Under the pieces are notes generated by a model. It was not told where the DNA came from and searched no databases. It saw only the letters and a program-made list of their open reading frames with translations. DNA of 64,000 nucleotides from NCBI GenBank assembly GCA_039809985.1, contig JBDHWC010000003.1, forward strand, positions 1,183 through 65,182. The letters run 5' to 3'. The position numbers and the translations under genes are program-made. Origin of the DNA: Thermomicrobiales bacterium. GTDB taxonomy: Bacteria > Chloroflexota > Chloroflexia > Thermomicrobiales > UBA6265. Below are positions 1-8,842 of the stretch, one piece after another (position 1 is the stretch's first letter; the number at the start of each line of letters is the position of its first letter).

Positions 1-316
1 CGCCGGGAGCGTCGCAACCGTCGCCGCCCGGCGAGGGTGGCAGCTCCTGGTTGCCGTTGACAAATCTTCCGCCAGTCGGGAAACGACACCGACGGCCCGT
101 CGGCGAAGTATACGCGCCCGAACCCCTGACACGGTTTGACAGCCCCTGGCGGGGCTCGACGGTCGACTGGGCGAGCCCGAGGGACCACCCTGCGCAAGTT
201 AACGACACCCGCCGTCGAACTGTCGCCACCCCGACTGTCGTCACTCTGTCGACTCCGACACTGCTGGCGGTGGCGGCAGCGTGCAACGCCAGTGCCGGTG
301 AGAGCGGTGGAGATCG

Positions 317-395
317 TTGACAACCGCTTGACCCAAGGGCAACGGCGTGGTAGCCTCTGGTCAACGAGTCACCCGTGCGTTGACTCTTGGGCAAC
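317..395 (+). promoter_or_regulatory. Candidate promoter plus operator repeats upstream of the XRE-family regulator gene
   Basis: -35 TTGACC (328-333), 17-nt spacer, -10 TAGCCT (351-356). There are two copies of the imperfect palindrome TTGAC-N5-GGCAAC, at 328-343 (over the -35) and at 380-395 (downstream of the -10). Further TTGACA hexamers lie at 57-62, 136-141 and 317-322. Confidence 0.4.
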
Positions 396-443
396 AACAG
401 GCGAGGGCCGATCCCGTCCGGACCCAGCCGAAGGTGGATGGCG

Positions 444-860
444 ATGGGACAGGCGATGATCGAGTTCGGCGTTCTCCTCAAGGCCCAGCGCGAGGCGCGG
501 CGGGTGTCGCAGAGCAAACTCGCCGAGCGGGCCGACTTCGACCACAGCTATGTGTCCCGGCTGGAGAGCGGCTCGCGGATGCCGACCCGGGAGGCGGTCG
601 AGCGGCTGGCGCGGGCGATGGCGCTGAGTCAGGCCGAGGAGGACTCGCTGCTGGCCGGTGCCGGGTTCCTGCCGCGGGACGTCTCGAACCTGCTCTCGGA
701 CGAGCCGGTGATCGGCGAGGTGCTCGAGCTGCTGCAGAACGACGACGTGCCGGCCGAGTACCGTGAGAACATCCGGCAGGTGCTCCGGCTGCTGGCCGAG
801 CAGGCGCGGATGGCGCTGGTGAACCGGGGACCGGGCGGCCTCAGCGGGGTCGCCGCCTAG
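444..860 (+). CDS. XRE-family helix-turn-helix transcriptional regulator
   Basis: From ORF 387..860. HTH_XRE-like segment FGVLLKAQREARRVSQSKLAERADFDHSYVSRLESG. Start set at ATG 444, 6 nt after AAGGTGG (431-437). ATG 438, ATG 456 or TTG 387 are alternatives. Confidence 0.75.
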   Translation: MGQAMIEFGVLLKAQREARRVSQSKLAERADFDHSYVSRLESGSRMPTREAVERLARAMALSQAEEDSLLAGAGFLPRDVSNLLSDEPVIGEVLELLQNDDVPAEYRENIRQVLRLLAEQARMALVNRGPGGLSGVAA

Positions 861-892
861 CGCCGTCGGCAGGGCTCGCTTTCGACGACGAG

Positions 893-922
893 ACGGCGGC
901 CGAGGCATTGCCCGGCCGCCGT
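893..922 (+). terminator. GC-rich hairpin downstream of the XRE gene (possible terminator, no U-tract)
   Basis: ACGGCGGCCG (893-902) pairs perfectly with CGGCCGCCGT (913-922). The hairpin lies 33 nt after the TAG stop at 858-860. Confidence 0.35.
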
Positions 923-1054
923 GCCGTTGCGGGGTGGCGTGTGTCAGCTGTCGAGCGGGCCATCGGGCGTGGAATCGGCGCGCCCCATGAGCGAGGGGCA
1001 GAGGGCGTGGCCTGGGACCGGCTCGCGTTCGCCGCTCTCGCGTCGGGCTCGAGA

Positions 1055-1067
1055 TGTACGTACACTG
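1055..1067 (+). promoter_or_regulatory. TGTACGTACACTG motif upstream of dnaE (contains a TACACT -10-like hexamer)
   Basis: The 10-bp palindrome TGTACGTACA sits 47 nt upstream of the dnaE GTG. The identical 13-mer recurs at 56225-56237. Confidence 0.3.
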
Positions 1068-1113
1068 GTGCCGGTCGTCAGATAGCCGTCCGGACGCATG
1101 AAGGGACCGAGTC

Positions 1114-4100
1114 GTGGCCGAGTTCGCCCATCTCCATCTCCACACCGAGTACTCGCTGCTGGACGGAATGGGGCGGACCAAGGAGTACGCGGAACGGGCC
1201 CGGCAACTCGGCGTCCATCACGTCGCGGTCACCGACCATGGCGTGATGTACGGCGCGATGGAGTGGTACAAGACGGCTTCCAAGGCCGGGTTGCACCCGA
1301 TCGTCGGCATCGAGGCGTACTTGGCGGAGGGGAGCGCCGCCGTGCGCGAACGGAAGTCGTACCACCTGCTGATGCTGGCCGAGAACGAGACCGGCTACCG
1401 GAACCTGCTCAAGCTGTCGTCCCGGGCGATGCTCGAGGGGTACTACTACCGGCCCCGGGTCGACCTCGAGATGCTCGCCGAGCACCACGAGGGGATCATC
1501 GCCACGTCTGCCTGTCTCGGCGGCCCGGTTGCCAACAACTTCCTGCACGGCCGGCCGGAGTTGGCGCGCGACTACGCCGGCAAGCTGGCCGAGATCTTCG
1601 GGCCGGACCGCTTCTTCATCGAAGTGCAGGACCACGGCATCAAGGAGCAGGCGGAGGTCAACCGGGAGCTGATCCCGCTCGCCCGCTCGCTCAGCCTGCC
1701 GCTGGTGGCGACCAACGACGTCCACTACTGCAACCGGGACGATGCCTCGGCCCAGGAGTTGCTGGTCTGTGTCCAGACCAACACCACGCTGAACGACCCG
1801 AAGCGGCTGAAGACGGAGAGCGACCAGCTCTACCTGAAGGGGCCGGAGGAGATGGCCCGCGTCTTCGGGGAGTTGCCGGAATCATTGGCGAACACGATCC
1901 GCATCGCCGAGATGTGCTCGCTCGACCTCGGGTTCAAGGGCTACCACCTGCCCGAGTTCCCGGTCCCGGCCGGGAGGAGCGCCGACGACTACCTGGAGTC
2001 GCTCTGCCGCGAGGGTCTGGTCCGGAAGTACGGCCACGACGGTGGCGAGGTCGCGGAGCGACTGGCCTACGAGCTCGGCGTCATCCGGTCGATGGGGTTC
2101 ACCAACTACTTCCTCGTCGTCTGGGACTTCGTGCGGTTCGCCAAGGAACAGGGCATCCTCGTCGGGCCGGGGCGGGGCAGCGCGGCCGGCAGCATCGTCA
2201 CCTACGCGCTCGACATCACGGCGCTCGACCCGCTCAAGTACGGCCTGATCTTCGAGCGGTTCCTCAACCCGTCGCGGATCTCGATGCCGGACATCGACAT
2301 CGACTTCGCCGACGACCGGCGGGACGAGGTGATCCGCTACGTCGTCGAGCGCTACGGCGCGGACCGGGTGGCCCAGATCGTCACCTTCGGGACGCTGGCG
2401 GCGAAGGCGTCGGTGCGTGACGTGGGCCGCGCCATGGGAAGGACCTTCGCCGAGACCGACCGGGTGGCGAAGCTGATCCCCGGCGGCCCGGGCGTGACGA
2501 TCGAGAGCGCGCTCGAGAAGGTGCCGGAGCTGAGGTCGCTGTACGACGGCGACGCGTCCGTTCGGGACTTGGTCGACGCGGCCCGCCGGGTGGAAGGGAT
2601 TTCGCGGCACGCGTCGACCCACGCGGCGGGGGTGGTGATCTCGCGCGACCCGCTGACCGACCATGTGCCGTTGCAGCGGGCCGGGGGCAAGAGCGAGGGG
2701 GAAGTCACCACCCAGTACCCGATGGGCGAGCTCGAAGGGCTGGGGCTCCTGAAGATGGACTTTCTCGGCCTGCGCACCTTGACCGTGCTGGGGAAGGCGG
2801 TCGAGTTGCTGCGCGCGGCCGGTCACGACATATCCCTTGATTCGATCCCGCTGGACGACCCGTTGAGCTACGCGCTGCTGGCCAAGGGGGAGACGGTCGG
2901 CGTCTTCCAGTTGGAAGGCGGGATGACGACGCGGATGACGGTCGACGTCCAGCCCTCCTCGTTCGAGGACCTGATCGCGCTGATGGCGCTGATTCGGCCG
3001 GGGCCGATGGAGATGGCCCCCGACTACATCGCCCGCAAGCACGGGCGGACGCCGATCGTCTACATGCACCCGGAGATGGAGCCGATCCTGGCCGAGACGT
3101 ACGGTGTGGCGCTCTACCAGGAGCAGGTGATCCGGATCGCCAACGTGCTCGCCGGCTTCTCGATGGCCGAGGGGGACGGCCTGCGGAAGGCGATGGGCAA
3201 GAAACTGCCGGAGGAGATGGCGAAGTACCGCGACCGGTTCGTCAGCGGCTGCGTCGAGCACGGGCTGGCCACCGCCCTCGGACGCGACATCTTCGACATG
3301 ATCGAGCGGTTCGCCGGCTACGGCTTCAACAAGGCCCACAGCGCCGCCTACGCGGTCATCGCGGCCCAGACGGCCTATCTGAAGGCGAACCACCCGGTCG
3401 AGTTCATGGCCGCGCTGCTCTCCTCCGAACTCGGGAACACCGACAAGATCGTCTACAACGTCGCGGAGTGCCGCCGCACCGGCATCCAAGTCCTGCCGCC
3501 GTGCGTCAACCGGAGCGGCCACGAGTTCACGGTCGAACGGGGAGGGGAGCGGCCGACGATCCGGTTCGGGCTCGGCGCGGTGAAGAACGCGGGCGAGGCG
3601 GCCGTGAAAGCGCTGGTGCGGACGCGGGAGGAGGAGGGTGGCGCGTTCCGCTCGCTCGACGCTTTCTGCGAATCGGTCGACTGGTCGTCGATGAACCGAC
3701 GGGCGGTCGAGTCGCTGGCGAAGGCGGGGGCGCTCGACGTCTTCGGGTCCCGTTCGGCGGTGCTCGCCGCGCTTGACGGCGCCATCGCGCGCGGGCAGCG
3801 ACGGCAGAAGGCAACCTCCCGTGGCCAGATCGGCCTGTTCGACACCGGAACGGCCGTCGAGACCGACGAGGGGCCGACGCGCCTGCCGGAGGTGCCGGAG
3901 CTTCCGGCGAGCGACTTGCTGGCATGGGAGCGGGAATTGCTCGGTCTGTACATGAGCGCCCATCCGCTCGACGCCGTGATCGGCCCGGGTTTCGGCAAGG
4001 GGGCTTTGAGCCGGTACTCGCAGATCGTCGACTTGGCCGAGCGGCCCGCGGGCCAGCTGGTCAACGTCGTCGGCATGGTGAAGAGCGTTCGCCGGATCGC

Positions 4101-4596
4101 GACGAAGACGAACCGGACGATGGCGGTGCTCGAATTCGAGGACCTGACCGGCACGATCGAGTTGGTGGCGTTCCCCGACTGCTACGAACGCCACTCCGAC
4201 GCGTGGGAGGCTGACGCCATTCTCGAGGTGGCCGCCAAGGTGGACCGCCGGGGCGAGGCGACCCAACTGGTCTGCGAGCGGGCACGCGGCAACCTCGAGC
4301 CGATCGGGGTCGCCGCTCCGCAGCGCGCCACGTTGCGGGTCCGACTGACAGGATCGCTTGACCAGTGGGCCGATGTGGAGGTCATGCACCGGGTCGACGC
4401 GGTGCTCCGCCGGTTCGAGGGCGAGGACGACGTCGTGCTTCTGGTTCCGGTCGGTGACGGACTCGAACGACCTCTGAGGAGCCGGTCCCGCCGGGTCGAG
4501 GCCTGCGACGATCTCGAGCGAGAACTGGCGATGGTCGCCGGCGTCCGCGAGGTGAAGGTCGAGCGACCGGCGGACGCTAGGCAACTCGCGTCGTAG
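1114..4596 (+). CDS. dnaE: DNA polymerase III alpha subunit
   Basis: 1160-aa ORF with N-terminal PHP motif HLHLHTEYSLLDG and VAVTDHG. It is colinear with Pol III alpha over its full length. GTG start. Confidence 0.97.
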   Translation: MAEFAHLHLHTEYSLLDGMGRTKEYAERARQLGVHHVAVTDHGVMYGAMEWYKTASKAGLHPIVGIEAYLAEGSAAVRERKSYHLLMLAENETGYRNLLKLSSRAMLEGYYYRPRVDLEMLAEHHEGIIATSACLGGPVANNFLHGRPELARDYAGKLAEIFGPDRFFIEVQDHGIKEQAEVNRELIPLARSLSLPLVATNDVHYCNRDDASAQELLVCVQTNTTLNDPKRLKTESDQLYLKGPEEMARVFGELPESLANTIRIAEMCSLDLGFKGYHLPEFPVPAGRSADDYLESLCREGLVRKYGHDGGEVAERLAYELGVIRSMGFTNYFLVVWDFVRFAKEQGILVGPGRGSAAGSIVTYALDITALDPLKYGLIFERFLNPSRISMPDIDIDFADDRRDEVIRYVVERYGADRVAQIVTFGTLAAKASVRDVGRAMGRTFAETDRVAKLIPGGPGVTIESALEKVPELRSLYDGDASVRDLVDAARRVEGISRHASTHAAGVVISRDPLTDHVPLQRAGGKSEGEVTTQYPMGELEGLGLLKMDFLGLRTLTVLGKAVELLRAAGHDISLDSIPLDDPLSYALLAKGETVGVFQLEGGMTTRMTVDVQPSSFEDLIALMALIRPGPMEMAPDYIARKHGRTPIVYMHPEMEPILAETYGVALYQEQVIRIANVLAGFSMAEGDGLRKAMGKKLPEEMAKYRDRFVSGCVEHGLATALGRDIFDMIERFAGYGFNKAHSAAYAVIAAQTAYLKANHPVEFMAALLSSELGNTDKIVYNVAECRRTGIQVLPPCVNRSGHEFTVERGGERPTIRFGLGAVKNAGEAAVKALVRTREEEGGAFRSLDAFCESVDWSSMNRRAVESLAKAGALDVFGSRSAVLAALDGAIARGQRRQKATSRGQIGLFDTGTAVETDEGPTRLPEVPELPASDLLAWERELLGLYMSAHPLDAVIGPGFGKGALSRYSQIVDLAERPAGQLVNVVGMVKSVRRIATKTNRTMAVLEFEDLTGTIELVAFPDCYERHSDAWEADAILEVAAKVDRRGEATQLVCERARGNLEPIGVAAPQRATLRVRLTGSLDQWADVEVMHRVDAVLRRFEGEDDVVLLVPVGDGLERPLRSRSRRVEACDDLERELAMVAGVREVKVERPADARQLAS

Positions 4597-4598
4597 GG

Positions 4599-6257
4599 TC
4601 ACCCGCTCCGCGATCTGAGCCAGTTCAGGAGATTCTCGACCGGCCACGTGTTGATGACGCGGTTCGTCGGAGCCCATGCCCGGCGGGCGACCGCGATGCC
4701 GTACTCCATCGAGGCGAAGCCGGTGGGCTCGTGCGCGTCGCAGTTGATCGTCAGCAGGCAGCCGGCGGCGAGGGCGGCGGCGGCGTGCGTCGGGTTGAGG
4801 TCGAGTCGGGCCGGGTCGGCGTTGATCTCCAACGCCGTCCCGTGCTCGGCCGCCGCGGCGAAGACCCGCGGCCAGTCGAAGTCCCCAGGGTCCCGACGCT
4901 CGATCAAGCGCCCGCTCGGGTGGGCGATGATGTCGACATTGTGGTTGGCAATCACGCGGAGCAAGCGGTCGGTCAGTTGCTCGCGCGGCTGGCGCAGGCC
5001 GGAATGGGTCGACGCCACCACGATGTCGAGCCACGCCAGCACGTCGTCGGGGAAGTCGAGATTTCCCGCGCGGTCGACCTCGACTTCCGAGCCTTGCAGC
5101 AGCCGCACGCCGGACGCGCGATCGGCAGCTTCGATCTCCAGTCGCTGCGCCCGGAGCCGCTCGACCGACAGGCCGTTGGCGACGCCGAGCGAATGACTGT
5201 GGTCGGTGATGGCGAGGGCCCGGTAGCCGCGTTTGGCGGCGCCGATCGCCATCTCGGCCACGCTCGCGCCGCCGTCGCTCCAGGTGGAGTGGCAGTGGTA
5301 CTCCCCGATGATTCGCCCAACGGTGACGAGGTCGGGAATCTCGGCGTGCCGGCGGAATTCCGCGTCCCCCTGCCGCAGTTCCGGCGGAATCCACGGCAAG
5401 CCGACTCGGGCGTAGACCGCGTCCTCGGTCGCCTCGGACGGCAGCGGGCCGAGGCGACTGACGTGTTCGCGATTGCCGGTGGCGAGGACGAGCTCGGTGC
5501 CGAAGCGCTCGGCCGGGACGAACCGGAGTGAGACCGGAAGTCCGGCGTCGTGCATGAACCGGAGGGTGTTCGCGTCCTGCGAAGCGGTGGCGAGCACCGC
5601 AAGCTGGCGTGCGGCGGTGATGGTCGTCTCGACATCACTGCAGCCGACGAGCAGGTCGATGCCGCCAACGGTCTCCTCCAGTCGACGGACGCTGCCGACG
5701 ACCTCCACCACCGCGCCGGGCAGTCGGGAAGCGAGCGCGGCGGCGAGCTGGCGGGCGAGAGGCGCGGCCACGCCGATCGAATGGCGACCGGTGCGCCGTC
5801 GCAGGGTGGCGAGTCCTTCGGTGATCGTCCGTTCCAGCCGCTCGCCCATCCCCTTGGTCGCCCGCACGCGGCCGTCGGCGGCGGCCGCCTCGAGCGAGTC
5901 GAGGTCGACGACCCCGAGCTCGCCGTGGAGGCGCATGGCGGTCTTGATGCCGATTCCCGGGAGGTCGAGCACCGAGACGAGCCCGACCGGGACCTGTTCT
6001 GACAACTGGTCGAGCTGGGGGAGCCGCCCGGTGTCGACGATGTCGGCGATGGCTTCCGCGAGGGCCGGCCCTACCCCGGGAAGTTCTCGCAGCCTGCCTT
6101 CGGCCACCAGCGTGGCGACCGGCTCCGGCAGGGAGCGCAGTTCCTCCGAGACGCGTGTGTATGCTCGCGCCCGGAACGGGCTCTCGCCGGCCAGTTGCAG
6201 CATCGTGGCGTACTGGTCGAGCAGCGCGGCGACGGCGGCGTTGCTGGGCGGGGTCAC
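4599..6257 (-). CDS. polX: Family X DNA polymerase / PHP-domain nuclease (PolX) with degenerate polymerase catalytic residues
   Basis: ORF 4599..6770 trimmed to GTG 6257, 11 nt after the upstream stop. It has a Pol-beta-like N-terminal half (GSVRRLEETVGGIDLLV) and a C-terminal PHP domain (HCHSTWSDG, ITDHSH, INCDAH). Confidence 0.9.
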   Translation of the reverse strand: MTPPSNAAVAALLDQYATMLQLAGESPFRARAYTRVSEELRSLPEPVATLVAEGRLRELPGVGPALAEAIADIVDTGRLPQLDQLSEQVPVGLVSVLDLPGIGIKTAMRLHGELGVVDLDSLEAAAADGRVRATKGMGERLERTITEGLATLRRRTGRHSIGVAAPLARQLAAALASRLPGAVVEVVGSVRRLEETVGGIDLLVGCSDVETTITAARQLAVLATASQDANTLRFMHDAGLPVSLRFVPAERFGTELVLATGNREHVSRLGPLPSEATEDAVYARVGLPWIPPELRQGDAEFRRHAEIPDLVTVGRIIGEYHCHSTWSDGGASVAEMAIGAAKRGYRALAITDHSHSLGVANGLSVERLRAQRLEIEAADRASGVRLLQGSEVEVDRAGNLDFPDDVLAWLDIVVASTHSGLRQPREQLTDRLLRVIANHNVDIIAHPSGRLIERRDPGDFDWPRVFAAAAEHGTALEINADPARLDLNPTHAAAALAAGCLLTINCDAHEPTGFASMEYGIAVARRAWAPTNRVINTWPVENLLNWLRSRSG

Positions 6258-6268
6258 GCGTCGCCCGA

Positions 6269-7540
6269 TCAGGCGATGGCCGCGAGGTGCTGCGCGTCGG
6301 CGAGCAACCGCAGCACCGGCGCGGGCTGGTCGGCGAGGACCACGGCCACGTCGTCCGGCCGAAGCATCTTCAGCAGGGCACGGATCGCCGAGCGCTCGTT
6401 CCGGCTGTGGATGACCAACGGCGGCACGTCGTTCGACGTGATGCCGGCGCGGAGGGCCTTGGTGCGAACCGGGTCGACGTTGGCGGAGTGGAGCAGGATC
6501 GCGCCGTGGTCGCGACCGAGCATGCGGCCGACCTCGGCGAGGTCCCCGGTCTCGACGCCCTCGAGCTGGCCGACGACCCGGATCAGGCGACTGGCCGGAA
6601 TCTGGCCGACGGCCCGCAAGGTGGAACGGAGGAACCACGGGTGGGCCGGGCGGTCGACGATCACCGTCGCGCCGTTGACGTGCAGCAGGTTGAACGAACC
6701 CGGCAAGTCGCTCGGCGTAACCTCGTGCGTTGCCAGGCCGCGGCCGATGACGTCGAGCGGGATGCCGCACCCGGCCGCGACGACGGTGGCGGCCAAGGCG
6801 TTGGCGATCTGGAACGACGCCGTGCCTTGGAGGGCGAGCGGCAGTTCGCGCACGCCGACGACCGGGGCGTTCGAGCCGTCCGTGCCGACTCGGAGCTGGT
6901 CGTCCTCGAGCCAGGCGGCCAAGCCGCGGCGGTCGAGGTGGTGGCGGACGAGAGGGGTGTCGCGACTGAGGCCGAAGAGCAAGCGGCGCGCGTCACCGGG
7001 GAAGTCGTCCCCGGAGACGGCGAAGTCGTCGCCGTTCAGGGCCGCGAAACCGCAGGGATGCACCGACTGCTCCAGCCGGCTCAGGGCGGCCACGGCGACG
7101 CGGGTGTGGTCGTGGAGGAGGCAGGAGCCGTTGTTGCAGCAGAGGTTCGTCACCACCGCGGCGGGATAGGCGTGCGGCGGCAGGCCGACCGCGTGGACGG
7201 TGCTCCAGGGGAGTTCCTGGAAGGCGAGGTCCAGCGAGCCGCTGCCCAGCCGTTCGAGGCTGCGCTGCCACGGCAGGAGTTCGCCCGACTGCGGCACGCC
7301 CTCGACCTCGACGCCGAGGTTGGTCCAGAGCGCGGTTCGCAGGCCCGCCTCGTCGGCGATCGCCTGCAGCAGGCGGACCACGGTCGACTTGCCGCGGGAA
7401 CCGGCAACGGCGACGACCGGCGGCAGTCCGGCGCTGGTCACCCGGCGCCGCCAGTCGGCAAACGAGGTCGGGAATTGGGAGATCGACAAGAAGGCGAGTG
7501 GAGCGCGGTTCAGCTGCTCAGCGTCGAGCATCTGCGTCAC
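6269..7540 (-). CDS. Mur ligase family protein resembling the C-terminal Mur-like module of cyanophycin synthetase
   Basis: P-loop VAVAGSRGKSTV and a DRPAHP segment (compare DxAHNP). The C-terminal region resembles the CphA tail. GTG start at 7540, 8 nt after GAGGAG. Confidence 0.7.
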   Translation of the reverse strand: MTQMLDAEQLNRAPLAFLSISQFPTSFADWRRRVTSAGLPPVVAVAGSRGKSTVVRLLQAIADEAGLRTALWTNLGVEVEGVPQSGELLPWQRSLERLGSGSLDLAFQELPWSTVHAVGLPPHAYPAAVVTNLCCNNGSCLLHDHTRVAVAALSRLEQSVHPCGFAALNGDDFAVSGDDFPGDARRLLFGLSRDTPLVRHHLDRRGLAAWLEDDQLRVGTDGSNAPVVGVRELPLALQGTASFQIANALAATVVAAGCGIPLDVIGRGLATHEVTPSDLPGSFNLLHVNGATVIVDRPAHPWFLRSTLRAVGQIPASRLIRVVGQLEGVETGDLAEVGRMLGRDHGAILLHSANVDPVRTKALRAGITSNDVPPLVIHSRNERSAIRALLKMLRPDDVAVVLADQPAPVLRLLADAQHLAAIA

Positions 7541-7948
7541 GAGCGATTCTCCTCTGACCGTGCGGGTTCAGCCATCGACGTCCCGGCCGTCCGATCTTCG
7601 CGGTGTCGGGTCGACGCGGGACACGGCGGTTCGGGTGAAATCTCACGACTCTCGAGAGACCGTCGTCGTTGGTTGCTCGCTTTCGGCGTCTGTTGACGTT
7701 CCGGCACGCCAGTGTGCCAGATTCAGGATGCCACAATCGCGCAGGTCCGTGGTTGGTGCGCCCCGCACACCGGCGGTGCCGACAGATTGTGAATGGCAGT
7801 CACCGCTCCTTGGTCCCGAAGCTTGTGCCGCAGGGGGACGCGCCATGATGAGTGCCCCGCCCGATCGCTCAACCATCAGGGGCTGGCCCGACCGCGCGTC
7901 CGTTGCCGCGAGCCCCTCGCGGCCGACGCTGACGGCATACCTGCCTGC

Positions 7949-8842
7949 TCACGGACCATGCAAGCCGTGTGCCCCTGACTTCGGATCGACTCCCCCGACC
8001 ATCCGGTTCGGCTCATCCCGCACTGTCCGTTCCGGGCCTGCCGCGGCGGCCGCGACGACGGGCCCGATGGCGAAGAACTGCTCGGCCGTGTTGGTCGTGG
8101 CGGCCGCCATCGATTCGGCGCCCACTCCCCAGATGTCGGCAAGTTGGTGAATCGCGGTGGCCAGGTTGGCCGGCTCGTTGCGTCGGTTTCGAATGCCCGC
8201 TGGCACGAGATACGGCGCGTCGGTTTCGAGCACGATGTTGGCCAATGGCACCGTGGCGAGCACCTGCCTGAGATCGTCGCGGCCGGGTTTGGTGGCGAGC
8301 CCTCCGACTCCGAGCAGCCATCCCCGGCTGATGGCGAGATCGGCCAGCACCTGACTCCCGTCGAACGAGTGGAGCAGCACCGGCGGCAAACTCGCCGAGC
8401 GGGTCAGGATTTCGACAAGCTCGGATTCAGCCGCCCGCTGGTGGATCACGATCGGCAGTGCGAGACGACGGGCAAGGTCAATCTGAGCCACGAATGACTG
8501 GCGCTGGAGCGTTTCGTCTGATCGGCCGCGAAAGTAGTCGAGGCCGATCTCGCCGACCGCCACCGGTCGGCTGGAGCGCAGCGTCGCCTCGAGGGCTTCG
8601 AGGGTCTGGGCCGAGAACCGGGCTGCTTCCTGCGGATGAAGACCGTACATCCCGCGGATGCCGGGATGGGTCTCGGTCAGGGCGCGGGTGGTGGCCCAGC
8701 GATCGGGGTTGTAGCCGACGTTGACGATCCGCCGGATGCCCATGTCAGCCGCGCGCTGGAGCACCTCGGGCCGATCGGGGTCGAAGGCCGCATCGTCGAG
8801 GTGGGCGTGCGTGTCGATGATCTCAACCGGCACGGTGCTCAT
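7949..8842 (-). CDS. tatD: TatD family metal-dependent hydrolase/DNase
   Basis: MSTVPVEIIDTHAHLDD... is a typical TatD N-terminus. The ATG at 8842 overlaps the glmS stop (ATGA). Confidence 0.9.
   Translation of the reverse strand: MSTVPVEIIDTHAHLDDAAFDPDRPEVLQRAADMGIRRIVNVGYNPDRWATTRALTETHPGIRGMYGLHPQEAARFSAQTLEALEATLRSSRPVAVGEIGLDYFRGRSDETLQRQSFVAQIDLARRLALPIVIHQRAAESELVEILTRSASLPPVLLHSFDGSQVLADLAISRGWLLGVGGLATKPGRDDLRQVLATVPLANIVLETDAPYLVPAGIRNRRNEPANLATAIHQLADIWGVGAESMAAATTNTAEQFFAIGPVVAAAAAGPERTVRDEPNRMVGGVDPKSGAHGLHGP

Noticed and set aside
51-459. ORFs 51..320 and 136..459 at the left edge as possible genes.
   Set aside because: Their composition is Arg/Pro/Thr-rich, there is no Shine-Dalgarno or motif, and the region is better explained as promoter/operator DNA for the XRE gene.
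1882-5394. Very long antisense or shadow ORFs: 1882..5394 (1170 aa), and likewise 24425..28864, 26862..28481, 31025..33496, 39087..41507, 42150..44636, 56654..58108 and 61044..63788.
   Set aside because: They lie opposite well-supported genes, are Arg/Pro/Gly-rich with no recognisable motifs, and are the expected stop-poor shadow frames of high-G+C DNA.
7541-7948. Tested the 400-nt gap by eye for RNase P RNA, tmRNA, SRP RNA and 6S RNA.
   Set aside because: There is no GGAAAGUCCGG or ACAGAAxCCGGCUUA (RNase P), no GGUUCGAxUCC...CCACCA tRNA-like end or tag ORF (tmRNA), and no GGAAGGAAGCAGC (SRP). 6S cannot be judged by sequence alone, so the region is kept only as an unexplained structured spacer.
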